A stretch of 58,963 nt of DNA from a virus (IMGVR_UViG_3300024264_002160:1-58963); one strand, 5' to 3'. Numbered from the stretch's first letter, positions 19,701 through 30,495 are shown. Notes: generated from the letters alone by a model not told the origin. Translations and numbers: made by a program.

Positions 19701-20895
19701 TAACCTTTGTATACTCCCATGGATACACTTACACGCATTTGCCAATGGCGATGTGTATCCTTGTTGTATGGCTGATTACAATTACAAATTAGGAAACAGT
19801 AGAGATCAAACCTTTACTGATATATGGAATAGTGATGGTATGAAAGAGTTGCGTGTGTCAATGATAAACAATCAGAAACACAGTGCATGTAACAAATGTT
19901 ATAATATTGAAAACAGTGGCGGAACAAGTATGCGTCAAAACATGAACGCTCAATTCAGTCATAAATTTACAAATGTGGATACTACACACCCAGATGGCAC
20001 TGTGGACAAAGTTGATATGGCATACATGGATATAAGATTTAGCAACATATGTAACTTTAAATGTAGAAGTTGTGGCCCAACGTTTAGTAGTCAGTGGAAA
20101 GACGAATGGGAACAACTGTATACAGGTGGTACCTGGCCACGCATAACACGTGTTAAAAATACTCTGGAAGAAGTGTGGGAAGATATCGAAACTTGGATTG
20201 ACACTGTGGAAAATATTTACTTTGCTGGTGGCGAACCATTAATAATGGATGAACATTACAAAATTCTAGAGTACCTTATTGCTAATAATAGAACTGATAT
20301 TAATATAAGTTATAATACTAATATGAGCACACTTGCTTATAAAAAATACAACTTGATTGATCTATGGCAGAATTTTAAAAATATAAGGATTGATGCCAGT
20401 TTAGACGGTTATGGAAAGCATGCTGAATACATACGTGCTGGCACTGACTGGAACCAAATTGAGAAAAACATAGAGCATATCAAATTACACTGTCCTAATA
20501 TTGTATTGTCAATATCATGCACTGTAAGTATATACAATGCATTTCATTGTATTGACTTTATTAAATATTGCATTGACAAGAAGTTTGTAGATTGTGGTGA
20601 TATGATTAATATTAATCTGGTACAGTTTCCTGAGTTATTAAACACACAGGTATTACCGATTCATTTAAAAAATCAAGTGGTAGAAAAGGTCAATAAATAT
20701 ATACAAGATGATATACCAGAATACAACACATCATTGCTTAAGAATAATCTAAGAATGTATCAAAAATTTTTACTAGATCAAAATATAGATAAGTTTGATG
20801 AGTTTGTTGGCTGGACAAAAAAATTAGATGAGATACGAAATGAAAATGTCATCGATATCCTGCCTGAAATCAAGGACTTAATAGATGACCGATAG
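19693..20895 (+). CDS. Radical SAM enzyme, N-terminal twitch-like domain (rSAM 4)
   Basis: CNFKCRSC, AGGEP, CILPW.H...CC and CNKC. Likely TTG start at 19693 (ORF track gives 19666). Confidence 0.9.
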   Translation: MNNNLCILPWIHLHAFANGDVYPCCMADYNYKLGNSRDQTFTDIWNSDGMKELRVSMINNQKHSACNKCYNIENSGGTSMRQNMNAQFSHKFTNVDTTHPDGTVDKVDMAYMDIRFSNICNFKCRSCGPTFSSQWKDEWEQLYTGGTWPRITRVKNTLEEVWEDIETWIDTVENIYFAGGEPLIMDEHYKILEYLIANNRTDINISYNTNMSTLAYKKYNLIDLWQNFKNIRIDASLDGYGKHAEYIRAGTDWNQIEKNIEHIKLHCPNIVLSISCTVSIYNAFHCIDFIKYCIDKKFVDCGDMININLVQFPELLNTQVLPIHLKNQVVEKVNKYIQDDIPEYNTSLLKNNLRMYQKFLLDQNIDKFDEFVGWTKKLDEIRNENVIDILPEIKDLIDDR

Positions 20896-22120
20896 ATTTA
20901 AAGATAACAAAGCGATCTGCGCCGCACCCTGGACACATTTACACGTACAGCCTGATGGTAAAGTATATCCATGCTGTACTGCATTAGAGCCTGAAGTTAC
21001 ATACGGCAATACACATGAAATGACGATACAACAAGCATGGCACAGTGATATTGCTCAGAGATTTAGAAAAAATCTATTGGAAGGCAAAAAACAACCAGCA
21101 TGTAGTGTATGTTATAATCAAGAAAAATATTATCAAGATGGCGGCAGTCTACGCACTAGTTTAAATAACAGATATGGAGAATTCATTACTGATAACCTTA
21201 CTCCAGATTTTCATATTAAATATCTAGATGTTCGTAGTAGTAATACATGTAACATGGCATGCGTTATGTGTTATCATGGTCTTAGCAGTAGCTGGTATGA
21301 AGACGGTCTTGCAATAGATTTTGGTGTGGAACCTAATAGTCCAAAGTTTATTGAAATAAACAATGCTGCAGAAGCTGAGATTTTAAAAATTGTAGGTTCA
21401 GATTTAGATATAGTATACTTTGCAGGCGGTGAGCCTTTGCTTACCCCATATCATTATACTGTCTTGGACTATTTAATAGAGCAAGACCTTGCTAAAAATA
21501 TTAGACTAGAGTACAATACTAATTTAAGTGTACTCAGGTATAAAAAGCGTAATGTATTTGATATATGGAAAAACTTTAAGTCAGTTGAAATCAGAGCTAG
21601 TGTCGATATGATGGGAGAACATGCAGAATATCAACGTTACGGCACCAAATGGGATACTATTGTAAAAAATTGGAAAGAAGTACTAACATATCCAGACATA
21701 GTAATAAGGCCACAAATTACAGTTACATCACTGAGTATTGGAGTACTGCCAGAGTTTTTAAATTTTTTAACAACTGAGCTTGAGTGTAAAATCGATCGAT
21801 CCAAAGGTATTAATGGTATAACTTTTAATTTATGTTATGGGCCTAACCGACTATGTGTGCAAAATTTACCAGACAGTATTAAGAAATTGTATACAGACAG
21901 ATTGACTACATTTATACAGCACGGTAACGATTTGGCTAATACAATGTTGCAACCGTGTATTGATTTTATGAATGAAAAACCAGCCACATCATGGTATTTT
22001 GAACATGACTTATTACGTTATATGACACAGTTAGATGAACGTCGTGGATTGAATTGGAAAAAATTATGGCCAGAATTTATTCCACATTTTAAAAAGGAAA
22101 TTATGCATGAGCAACACTGA
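20885..22120 (+). CDS. Radical SAM enzyme, N-terminal twitch-like domain (rSAM 5)
   Basis: CNMACVMC, AGGEP, CAAPW.H...CC and CSVC. Confidence 0.9.
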   Translation: MTDRFKDNKAICAAPWTHLHVQPDGKVYPCCTALEPEVTYGNTHEMTIQQAWHSDIAQRFRKNLLEGKKQPACSVCYNQEKYYQDGGSLRTSLNNRYGEFITDNLTPDFHIKYLDVRSSNTCNMACVMCYHGLSSSWYEDGLAIDFGVEPNSPKFIEINNAAEAEILKIVGSDLDIVYFAGGEPLLTPYHYTVLDYLIEQDLAKNIRLEYNTNLSVLRYKKRNVFDIWKNFKSVEIRASVDMMGEHAEYQRYGTKWDTIVKNWKEVLTYPDIVIRPQITVTSLSIGVLPEFLNFLTTELECKIDRSKGINGITFNLCYGPNRLCVQNLPDSIKKLYTDRLTTFIQHGNDLANTMLQPCIDFMNEKPATSWYFEHDLLRYMTQLDERRGLNWKKLWPEFIPHFKKEIMHEQH

Positions 22121-23420
22121 TACCAAATGCCCGTTACCTTGGATGCATACTAGTATACAAACGTCTGGAGCATTACGAAGTTGTTGTATTGCCAGTGACT
22201 TAGTACGCCATGACGGCGATATTGTCAATATTAAACATACTAGTCTGTCAGAAGCAATCAACAGTAGTAGTATGCAGGAACTACGTGATAGCATGCGCCG
22301 TGGTGAGAAACACAGTAATTGTAGTACTTGTTGGAAAGATGAAGAAAATGGTAAAATTAGTAAAAGAATGTATGAAACAGCATATCTCAAGGACACACTA
22401 AAGAATACGATACAACAAGGTGATTCAATTAGTATACAACAACACAATACATTGGATTATGATAGTGAGCCAACACGGTATCTTGACATTCAATTGGGTG
22501 TTGGCAATGTGTGTAACTTAAAATGCCGTACCTGTAGTCCTTATTGTAGTACAAAATGGATTGATGAATTTAAACACCGTACTGGTGAACAAAAATATGA
22601 GTTCAATAATTTAGAAGTTGATAAGAGTATTACTGACAGTAAATTTTGGGAAGAATTGGACGAATGGAGTAGTACAGTAAAGCGTCTGGAAATTATGGGC
22701 GGCGAGCCGTTTTACATGAAAGAATTTCATATACTAATAGATAAACTTATCGCCAATGGCAATAGTAAACATATAACACTGGCAATGAGTACAAATGGTA
22801 CAATTTTTAATGAAAAGTTATGCAATAAGATACGAGAAAACTTTAAATCTTTAGGTTTGAATGTCAGTATAGATGGAATTGGTAAACACTTTGATTTCCT
22901 TAGACATGGCAATAACTGGGACAAGGTAAAGAAAAATCTAGACGGATTTTATGAAATGTTTCAGAAACATGAAAATTTTAATATGGGTGCCACAATTACT
23001 ATTAGTCAGATTAATATGTATTACATACGAGAGATACATGAGTTTTTTGAACAAAACTATCCTGATATCGATCATGGCACACATTATAGTACATTCAATA
23101 TCTTTAATAATATTATACATTATCCTAGCTATTATAGCAGTAATACTATGCCAGCTGATCTTAAAGAGCATTATCTACACAAGATTAAGTACCCTTCAAA
23201 TTATGGACTGTCCGATTGGAACGAAGACAAATTTCAACAACAAATACAGCCATTGATAAATCACGTATTAACACCAACTAGTTATGTGGACTGGCGGGAT
23301 TTTATAAGAGAAACAAATTCAGCTGATCAATATCGTAATGAAAATTTTCAAGAAACTTTTCCTGAGCTATGGGAAATGTTTAAGCCCTACTGGCATTTAA
23401 TGGAGGACATTAAATGGTAA
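22107..23420 (+). CDS. Radical SAM enzyme, N-terminal twitch-like domain (rSAM 6)
   Basis: CNLKCRTC, GGEP, CPLPW.H...CC and CSTC. Confidence 0.9.
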   Translation: MSNTDTKCPLPWMHTSIQTSGALRSCCIASDLVRHDGDIVNIKHTSLSEAINSSSMQELRDSMRRGEKHSNCSTCWKDEENGKISKRMYETAYLKDTLKNTIQQGDSISIQQHNTLDYDSEPTRYLDIQLGVGNVCNLKCRTCSPYCSTKWIDEFKHRTGEQKYEFNNLEVDKSITDSKFWEELDEWSSTVKRLEIMGGEPFYMKEFHILIDKLIANGNSKHITLAMSTNGTIFNEKLCNKIRENFKSLGLNVSIDGIGKHFDFLRHGNNWDKVKKNLDGFYEMFQKHENFNMGATITISQINMYYIREIHEFFEQNYPDIDHGTHYSTFNIFNNIIHYPSYYSSNTMPADLKEHYLHKIKYPSNYGLSDWNEDKFQQQIQPLINHVLTPTSYVDWRDFIRETNSADQYRNENFQETFPELWEMFKPYWHLMEDIKW

Positions 23421-24610
23421 AAGACACATTTTGTCCATTACTGTTTCAACACTTAGCTACCCACCCACATGGCGGCGTAACACATTGTTGCATTGCAGAC
23501 CATCGCGGCGCTATCAGCAGTAGTCGCACAGACAACAAGTATTTTAATTTAAATGTTGATACAGTACATGATACGATGAATAGTGATACATTTAAAACTG
23601 CACGATTACAGTCATTGAATGGGCAAGTACCCAAAGCATGTATGAGATGTTTTAGCGAAGAAGCCAAAGGAATGAGTAGTAAACGGCTGGAGGAAATTAA
23701 ATCCTATCCACATTATACGCCGGAAGTAGCACGTGATGTAATAGATGAAACTGGTTATATCAATGATGTACAACTTGAGTTTGTTGAGTTACGTTTAGGT
23801 AACGTTTGTAATGTAGCGTGTCGTAGTTGCAATCCAGCCAGTAGTAGTAAATGGCGCAATGACTATGACCAACTGCAAAAAAACTTATCATTTAAAATAA
23901 ACAACTATGATACAATGCAAGGATTTAGATGGCCAGAACGTGAAGGATTTTGGGAAGACTTGTTACAGCACTGTGACAATGTTAAAACATTCTACATTAA
24001 TGGTGGAGAGCCAACACTAATCAAAGAACACTTTAGGTTCTTGGAGCGTTTAGTTGAGATGGGTAAAACAGATATCAAACTGTGGTACAACATCAACATG
24101 ACTAACATGAATGAAGATATCATTGCACTATGGCGCAAGTTCGATCATGTGAAGATTAGTTGTAGCATCGACGATTTGGGTGACAGAAATCATTACATCC
24201 GATACCCAACTAAATGGGATATCGTGATGAAGAACTTCTTGCGACTTAAAGAAGAAGACTTTGAACTAGATGTTACTCAGACAGTATCCTGGATGAACTA
24301 TACATCAATTCCAGAATTTTACAACTTCTTTTATCATGAGCATGGTGTTTGGGTACATCATAATTATGTATACGATCCAGATATCTTATCTCCAGCTGCC
24401 CTACCTAAACGAATGCGTGATCAAATACATCAGTCATTTGAAGGAGTATTTGAAGATTGGAAAGTGCAAGAGTTTAAAAATATGTTTGGTGGACCTGACA
24501 ATGAAATTAAATGGCAACAGGCAATCGAGTATACTCAGCGGCTTGATCTTATAAGAAACCATACAATTGTTGATTACTTGCCGGAGTTTAAAGGAATATA
24601 TAATGTATAA
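23414..24610 (+). CDS. Radical SAM enzyme, N-terminal twitch-like domain (rSAM 7)
   Basis: CNVACRSC, NGGEP, CPLLF.H...CC and CMRC. Confidence 0.9.
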   Translation: MVKDTFCPLLFQHLATHPHGGVTHCCIADHRGAISSSRTDNKYFNLNVDTVHDTMNSDTFKTARLQSLNGQVPKACMRCFSEEAKGMSSKRLEEIKSYPHYTPEVARDVIDETGYINDVQLEFVELRLGNVCNVACRSCNPASSSKWRNDYDQLQKNLSFKINNYDTMQGFRWPEREGFWEDLLQHCDNVKTFYINGGEPTLIKEHFRFLERLVEMGKTDIKLWYNINMTNMNEDIIALWRKFDHVKISCSIDDLGDRNHYIRYPTKWDIVMKNFLRLKEEDFELDVTQTVSWMNYTSIPEFYNFFYHEHGVWVHHNYVYDPDILSPAALPKRMRDQIHQSFEGVFEDWKVQEFKNMFGGPDNEIKWQQAIEYTQRLDLIRNHTIVDYLPEFKGIYNV

Positions 24611-25766
24611 TTATAATCAAATATTACATTTAGACTTTGAGAGCAGTAGTTTGTGCAATGCACTTTGTGCTATATGTAATCGACGGCACAATGGCGGTGT
24701 AAAAACTGATATGGTTGAAACCTATGTTACGCTTAAACAGTTTACAGCTTGGTTCCCGCAAACATTTTTACGTCAGTTGTCGAGTATGAGTATGTGTGGA
24801 AACTATGGCGATAGTATGACCAATCCAGAGTTATTGGATATTATGCGTTATACTAAAAGTATAAATCCAAACATAATGTTTACTGTAAACACAAATGCTA
24901 GTGGCCGCACACCAGAATTTTGGACTGAACTTAGTGAATTAATTGGACCTAATGGACACATAACCTTTAGTGTTGACGGGCTTGCAAATACCAATTGGAT
25001 ATATCGTCGAGGAACACATTGGGATAAGATTATGATGGCCATGGAGAATTATAAAAAAGGTCCAGGTGGCAGTGAATGGCATTTTTTAGTATTCAAACAT
25101 AATCAGCATCAAATTGAAGAAGCTAGGGCGTTAAGCAAGTCGCTGGGTATTGATAAATTTTATCCTAAACAGGCCTTTGGGTTTAACGATGACGCATCCA
25201 GTGGCACTGTTACTAAACAATTTAATGTATACAATGATCAAGACAATAAGATATATTCAATTGAAGCCCCTACTGATGATGAGTTTGACATAGGAACACA
25301 TATTATGAGTTTCGAAAAGGCTGACTTAGATACCACAACTGGATACAAGCGTCCGGCATATAATAAAAAATATGATGATACCACTTTAACTGATTGGGAA
25401 ATTAAACTTGGTCAAACTGAAATAAAATGTCAAATAATACCTACTCGTGGAGTATTTGTAAGCAGTGAAGGACTAGTATTTCCATGTTGTATGACTGCTG
25501 GGAAATTGTATGCGCCCAATAATCCCGAAAGCGATCAGCTAAGAAAGTTTGTTAGTGATATAGGTCGAAACAATATGGACTTAAACCATACTACATTACA
25601 AAATATTGTGGATGGCGATATATTTCAACATCGTTGGCCAGACACCTGGCAGGATAATAATATAAAAAATAAACGCCTACGAGTATGCAGCATGTTCTGT
25701 GGTGTTGAAACAAATGCAACTTGGAAAAGTGTAGCATCCAGTGTGGGGTCATATTATGGAAAATGA
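24603..25766 (+). CDS. Radical SAM enzyme, 'CGNxGD' type with C-terminal twitch domain (rSAM 8)
   Basis: CNALCAIC, CGNYGD, FSVDG...YR, and C-terminal C...G.VFPCC...CSMFC. Likely ATG at 24603. Confidence 0.88.
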   Translation: MYNYNQILHLDFESSSLCNALCAICNRRHNGGVKTDMVETYVTLKQFTAWFPQTFLRQLSSMSMCGNYGDSMTNPELLDIMRYTKSINPNIMFTVNTNASGRTPEFWTELSELIGPNGHITFSVDGLANTNWIYRRGTHWDKIMMAMENYKKGPGGSEWHFLVFKHNQHQIEEARALSKSLGIDKFYPKQAFGFNDDASSGTVTKQFNVYNDQDNKIYSIEAPTDDEFDIGTHIMSFEKADLDTTTGYKRPAYNKKYDDTTLTDWEIKLGQTEIKCQIIPTRGVFVSSEGLVFPCCMTAGKLYAPNNPESDQLRKFVSDIGRNNMDLNHTTLQNIVDGDIFQHRWPDTWQDNNIKNKRLRVCSMFCGVETNATWKSVASSVGSYYGK

Positions 25767-26586
25767 AAAAGAAGTCCCTAGCCATTTGATACCCGGTAAT
25801 TTTTCATACAGCTTCGACGAAGCTCTTCAAATTGAAGATTCAACACGTACCCCATTGGACACTGATTGGAAAAATAAAACTATCATACCATTTTTTGGGT
25901 GCAGTTTTACATATGGACCAGGTCTGACATACAACGATGTGTTCACCAATATGATACAAAATAAATTACAGTCGGATCATTTAGCATTAAATATAGGATC
26001 ACCAGGTGGTAGTATGGATCTGATAACACGGGTCATAACCCAATATTATAATAGAATAGAGTTAAAAAATAGCAAAATTATGGTAATCAATATCCCACCT
26101 ATCAATCGGCGTGAACATTTTTATAGTTTAACAGCCAATTACGATAATCCAAATTGGAGAAAAGAGAGTGTATATGAAAGTAAAATAGAATCTCGGCGTC
26201 TACTTCCAAGTGTTATTAACAAAGCTATGGCTAACGAAGATTGGAGAAGTTATATTCATTTATCAAATCCAGTAACAGATCTTAATAATTTTGAACGCAA
26301 TCTTGTATTTCTATCCAACTTTAGTAAAGCAAACAACATTAAAGTTTTTTTATGGGGAGAGAATGCTGTCCAAAGTAGTATGGTTTGCTCTGCAGATATG
26401 CAACGTATCAGAGCCTATATACATAAATTGGGATTAAAAGCAATTGATATATCAGAAGTTGTTTTGCCCGATCCAAATGACTCGTCCAAATATGTTATAA
26501 GTGAGACTGACCGTCACTACAATAAACTTGGAAACCAAATTATTGCAGATCGTATATACGATTCAATCCAACAATATCTCAACTAA
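25756..26586 (+). CDS. SGNH/GDSL-like hydrolase or acyltransferase
   Basis: Block I 'FFGCSFTYG', 'NIGSPGGS' and C-terminal 'DRHYN..GN'. Likely ATG at 25756. Confidence 0.65.
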   Translation: MENEKEVPSHLIPGNFSYSFDEALQIEDSTRTPLDTDWKNKTIIPFFGCSFTYGPGLTYNDVFTNMIQNKLQSDHLALNIGSPGGSMDLITRVITQYYNRIELKNSKIMVINIPPINRREHFYSLTANYDNPNWRKESVYESKIESRRLLPSVINKAMANEDWRSYIHLSNPVTDLNNFERNLVFLSNFSKANNIKVFLWGENAVQSSMVCSADMQRIRAYIHKLGLKAIDISEVVLPDPNDSSKYVISETDRHYNKLGNQIIADRIYDSIQQYLN

Positions 26587-27666
26587 ATTCCTGTACACTT
26601 CTCCAAAGCAATCGCTAGTAGCGACAACATTGCGATTATGCAGTGCTTGCGCAGTATAGTCACCTGGAGTTAAATCTATCAGTCTAGACAGTTCATTAAT
26701 TAATCCATCCATCCGTTGTTCGTCTGGTAATGTGTTATAAGTATGGTCCACTAAGTCATCATATAACTGGAAGCCCATTTGCCTAAGGTCTTCAATTTGA
26801 TTTTGATATCCGCACAAAACAAACGGTTGCGGGTATATTAAATTTTTAATTGCTTTTTCTGTCACTAACTTTTTTTCCGTGCCATAGAAATTTGTTTCGC
26901 TTACTACAGCATATGGTATGTGTATGAAGTGTTCAGTTGTTACTTGTGGCCAACCATATTCAGAATCAATATTAGTGTCATATGGACTAACTTCAATACC
27001 ACTTGCATTGCTGAGATCGTCACTAGCCGAGCCTTGTTTTATTGTACATATACTTTCAGATTGTGAATAACGGCTTCTTAATTTATCTCTAAGCTCAATT
27101 CTAAATCTTCTAGGGCGTTGCTGTAAACTAATAAATTTATAATGCCAATCAGCCAGTTGCCTTTCTTTACAAATACGAGTAAATCTTTTTTTATCAGCTA
27201 TTCGATCTACACCACTACCCCAGTTATCAAACCAAACATAACGACATACATCTACGATAAACGGCTTACTTATCACAGTGTATGTATTAGTTGGGTGATA
27301 ATTTAAATTACCTGTCATGTATACAATGTGATCATGATCCTGTTGATCAAATCCGTTTGCCCGACACCAAAGTTTAATGCGAATATCAATAATTGATCGT
27401 TCATGACCCTCTTGGGTGTCGTCAATTAATATTATACATTTTTTATCTTTAACTGCTCGTACTACCCGAGCCGGAATTGTGACGTCTGTCAGCCATTCCC
27501 AAAATTGATAATTTGGGTCACGATATCTCCCACTTACACTACCATCATGAGTGTCACTGATCAGATATATAAACTTGTCATCATCTGCCTGTCGTGGACG
27601 AGTAAATTTTGTGTGTATATACGGCACATGATTGCCAATTTGATTGTGCAGTTCACAAGGTATCAC
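26563..27666 (-). CDS. Putative GT-B-like glycosyltransferase
   Basis: 'RPRRFR..L' and 'VVSET......VTEK..K......PFV..G......LR..GF..Y...DH.Y' motifs. Paralog at 57259. Confidence 0.5.
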   Translation of the reverse strand: MIPCELHNQIGNHVPYIHTKFTRPRQADDDKFIYLISDTHDGSVSGRYRDPNYQFWEWLTDVTIPARVVRAVKDKKCIILIDDTQEGHERSIIDIRIKLWCRANGFDQQDHDHIVYMTGNLNYHPTNTYTVISKPFIVDVCRYVWFDNWGSGVDRIADKKRFTRICKERQLADWHYKFISLQQRPRRFRIELRDKLRSRYSQSESICTIKQGSASDDLSNASGIEVSPYDTNIDSEYGWPQVTTEHFIHIPYAVVSETNFYGTEKKLVTEKAIKNLIYPQPFVLCGYQNQIEDLRQMGFQLYDDLVDHTYNTLPDEQRMDGLINELSRLIDLTPGDYTAQALHNRNVVATSDCFGEVYRNLVEILLD

Positions 27667-28177
27667 TGGTTACAATCCTTTGTTTGTGTGATAATGCATA
27701 TCGGTATGTATCGTGTATTATTTCGTGTTCGTTATAACCAGTACTGGTTAAATCAATAACACAATCAATTATCACATTGCTGTTATATTTCATATTATTA
27801 ATGCCTAAATCTCTATCTTGTACACATCCAGGAAAACTTACTCCAGCATAATATAGTTCATTTACTTGATTATTCACTAAGTGTGTTATGACTTCCGGCT
27901 TATCCCAACTGATTAATCCAAGTGGTTTAGAGTTGACAGCCATTTCCAATAGTATATGCGGTCGGCTCCATGGATTATGTGTGGGCTTCTCCCAATCGTT
28001 ATATTCAGCATTCCAATAAGTGTTATAGCAAGATAGCACCACTGGGCCTGTCCATTTTTTTACAACATTAACTACACGATTGACAGTTTGTTCATATACA
28101 TTTTGAAATCTATTGTGACCAGGATGATATGTGTCCCACATATCAATTATTATCAATGCGTTATCTGGTGTTGCCAT
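27653..28177 (-). CDS. Isochorismatase-like cysteine hydrolase
   Basis: 'ALIIIDMW' at the N-terminus and 'YYAGVSFPGCV..R..G' catalytic Cys region. Likely ATG at 28177. Confidence 0.6.
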   Translation of the reverse strand: MATPDNALIIIDMWDTYHPGHNRFQNVYEQTVNRVVNVVKKWTGPVVLSCYNTYWNAEYNDWEKPTHNPWSRPHILLEMAVNSKPLGLISWDKPEVITHLVNNQVNELYYAGVSFPGCVQDRDLGINNMKYNSNVIIDCVIDLTSTGYNEHEIIHDTYRYALSHKQRIVTSDTL

Positions 28178-29387
28178 ATTGTACAATCCTAATTGTGCTA
28201 TTATTTGTGGTAAAATTCCTCCATGGGTCTACAACCACACTGTTATCCGGAATTTTGCAATATAGTTTATCTTGTGTATGTTTATTGGCATAGTTGTATG
28301 TTGTACTTGCACTGTGAGCAAGCATCATAATAACTGGGTCAGTGGGCACAAAGTTATCACCAGTTAACGGATCTATATAATTAGGGATAACTCCCAGTTC
28401 CTGCAAGTAATGCCCCACTAGTAAACTGTAGCTGCCATCTAAATAAGAAACATCTGGCTTATATGATTTGCCATGTATACAAATACTATAATTATTTTCT
28501 TTAGCTAAATCAGCTAATTTTACTGCCATATTTTTTGCTTGAATTTCTCTTGCATTCATTATACTATCAAATAAATCGTAACCCAAATCTAGCTCTTGTG
28601 CCATATAACGAAGTGCAATGTTATCACGTGGATGACATCCGCCTCCATCACCCATGCCTGCTTTCATGTATTGTGGCCCCATAATACGCATTGTACTGTT
28701 TGCAAGTGCATCAGTCACAACATCAACATTGATGTTACCTTGCTTTTCTGCTACGTCTTGGATCATATTAACAAGCCCAATCTTAGCACTAATAAATGTG
28801 TTGTAGAATACTTTGATACATTCACACTCGTCCCATGTACCGATAACATATCGAGGTTGGTTTTCCATAATAGTTTTATAAAAGTCAACCAGCTCTTTAG
28901 CATCACCAGTTTCACTTCCATCTGCTGTGCCTATCATAACCATTTCAGGATTGACCATATCCCATGCAACACTTCCCATTGCAATCAAATAAGGATTGTA
29001 TACAAAGCGTGTGTTGGTAACTAAATCTACAAATTGATTTCTAGTAGTACCAGGCAGTACAGTACTGATAAGCACTAGTAATTGGCTGTCGTTCATGTGC
29101 TTGTTTGCCTCAGCCAATACTTCCTTAACTATGTCATAATTAAAGTCCCGTGGGTCTAAGTGAGCTGTTGGCGCTCTTCCATCATAATTTGGGTCGTGTG
29201 GAGTAGGCACTGCCACAAATACTATATCTCTATCTTTAACACAGCTAGCAATGTCATGATACATAGTAACATGTTTGCTGTGCTGATTAACAACATCATA
29301 TCCACTAACATCATGGCCTTTTTGTGCAATTGCTTCTGCGCACGGCATTCCTAATTTACCGGTACCAATAAATCCTATTTTGTTCAT
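28161..29387 (-). CDS. ugd: UDP-glucose/GDP-mannose 6-dehydrogenase family protein
   Basis: GxGxxG 'IGFIGTGKLG', 'FVAVPTP', 'ISTVLPGT', 'IKVFYNTF' and catalytic 'GGGCHPRD'. ATG at 29387 with TAGGA RBS (ORF track starts at 29453). Confidence 0.88.
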   Translation of the reverse strand: MNKIGFIGTGKLGMPCAEAIAQKGHDVSGYDVVNQHSKHVTMYHDIASCVKDRDIVFVAVPTPHDPNYDGRAPTAHLDPRDFNYDIVKEVLAEANKHMNDSQLLVLISTVLPGTTRNQFVDLVTNTRFVYNPYLIAMGSVAWDMVNPEMVMIGTADGSETGDAKELVDFYKTIMENQPRYVIGTWDECECIKVFYNTFISAKIGLVNMIQDVAEKQGNINVDVVTDALANSTMRIMGPQYMKAGMGDGGGCHPRDNIALRYMAQELDLGYDLFDSIMNAREIQAKNMAVKLADLAKENNYSICIHGKSYKPDVSYLDGSYSLLVGHYLQELGVIPNYIDPLTGDNFVPTDPVIMMLAHSASTTYNYANKHTQDKLYCKIPDNSVVVDPWRNFTTNNSTIRIVQYGNTR

Positions 29388-29413
29388 GTTTAATCCTATA
29401 TTAACTACATACT

Positions 29414-29443
29414 TATTTATATAATTACAAATGTAGATAAATA
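29414..29443. promoter_or_regulatory. Divergent late-type promoters
   Basis: TATAAATA on the minus strand (29414-29421) towards ugd, and GATAAATA on the plus strand (29436-29443) towards the ORF at 29476. Confidence 0.65.
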
Positions 29444-29475
29444 TAGTTAACAAATCAACATAGGAGATTCATATT

Positions 29476-30495
29476 ATGAATACAGTAAAATTAACATACG
29501 CTTCTGGCAATGAAAGTATTTCTTTAGACTATACTTTGCAAACAGGATACACCGTTGTACACAAATGGTTAGCAATATGGAAAGAATATTATGAGCGCAG
29601 AGAGCACCAACCTACTTTTATTATTAATAGTGAATGCCCATCTACAGTATTACCGATAGCAGACTATCATGATATAGTATTGGAAAATTGTCAAAAATTA
29701 GTAACAGACTACAATAAAACACTGCCCGAAGGTTGGGATAGTGTTCCATATGAACAAACTTTGCTTAATGTAATACATGACAAATTTGCTGCTGAATGTA
29801 TAGAGCTGGGAGAACTATCTGAGGGCGATTATGATCCTGAGTTACTCGCACTATTAAGAGAGCTAAATCATAATATACACACATTAGAAGGTGCAATAAA
29901 CAACAACGGCACACTACAAAATTATGCGAGAAGTGTATTATTAGAGCCATGGCATGTTGTACATAGTGATCAATCTGCAGAAGATTGGCCTAAATCAGCA
30001 GCGCTTTTAACTCAACAAGACCAAGATGCAAAATCAAGTGGCTTCTCACACAGGCACTGTTTGTTTTTAGCATATGCAACCTTGGGCAAGGACATTGAAA
30101 TGATTTTACAAGACAATCATTTAGATCTAATAACTGCAAACAATGTAGAGCCAAAAAGATCAGTAAGTCCATGGTTTACATTTAATATTCCAGCTGAAGG
30201 AGTAACAGCAGAACGTGAATCAGAATTAACACATAGTCGTTTGGAATGGTATAAAGAGAAATCTCAAGAACATGATTTAGTGGGTACTTATAGCGTAGAC
30301 ATTAATGACTGGATTCACACACCTGGTCGCCACATATTGGCTATCAATGAATCAGGCAATGCAGACGACTTTGATTGGTTTATAGAAAGAGCACATACAT
30401 GTAAGATTGTTAAGATAGATTTTGATACAGAAATTTTAAATGCATCGGTTGTTTATGACGAAGATACAGAAACTTATAGTTGGTCTAACGACTAA
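29476..30495 (+). CDS. Hypothetical protein, possible helical metal-binding enzyme
   Basis: 339 aa with strong TAGGAG RBS. Motifs LNVIH..F, LRELN..IH..E and LFLAY..LGKD. Confidence 0.65.
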   Translation: MNTVKLTYASGNESISLDYTLQTGYTVVHKWLAIWKEYYERREHQPTFIINSECPSTVLPIADYHDIVLENCQKLVTDYNKTLPEGWDSVPYEQTLLNVIHDKFAAECIELGELSEGDYDPELLALLRELNHNIHTLEGAINNNGTLQNYARSVLLEPWHVVHSDQSAEDWPKSAALLTQQDQDAKSSGFSHRHCLFLAYATLGKDIEMILQDNHLDLITANNVEPKRSVSPWFTFNIPAEGVTAERESELTHSRLEWYKEKSQEHDLVGTYSVDINDWIHTPGRHILAINESGNADDFDWFIERAHTCKIVKIDFDTEILNASVVYDEDTETYSWSND

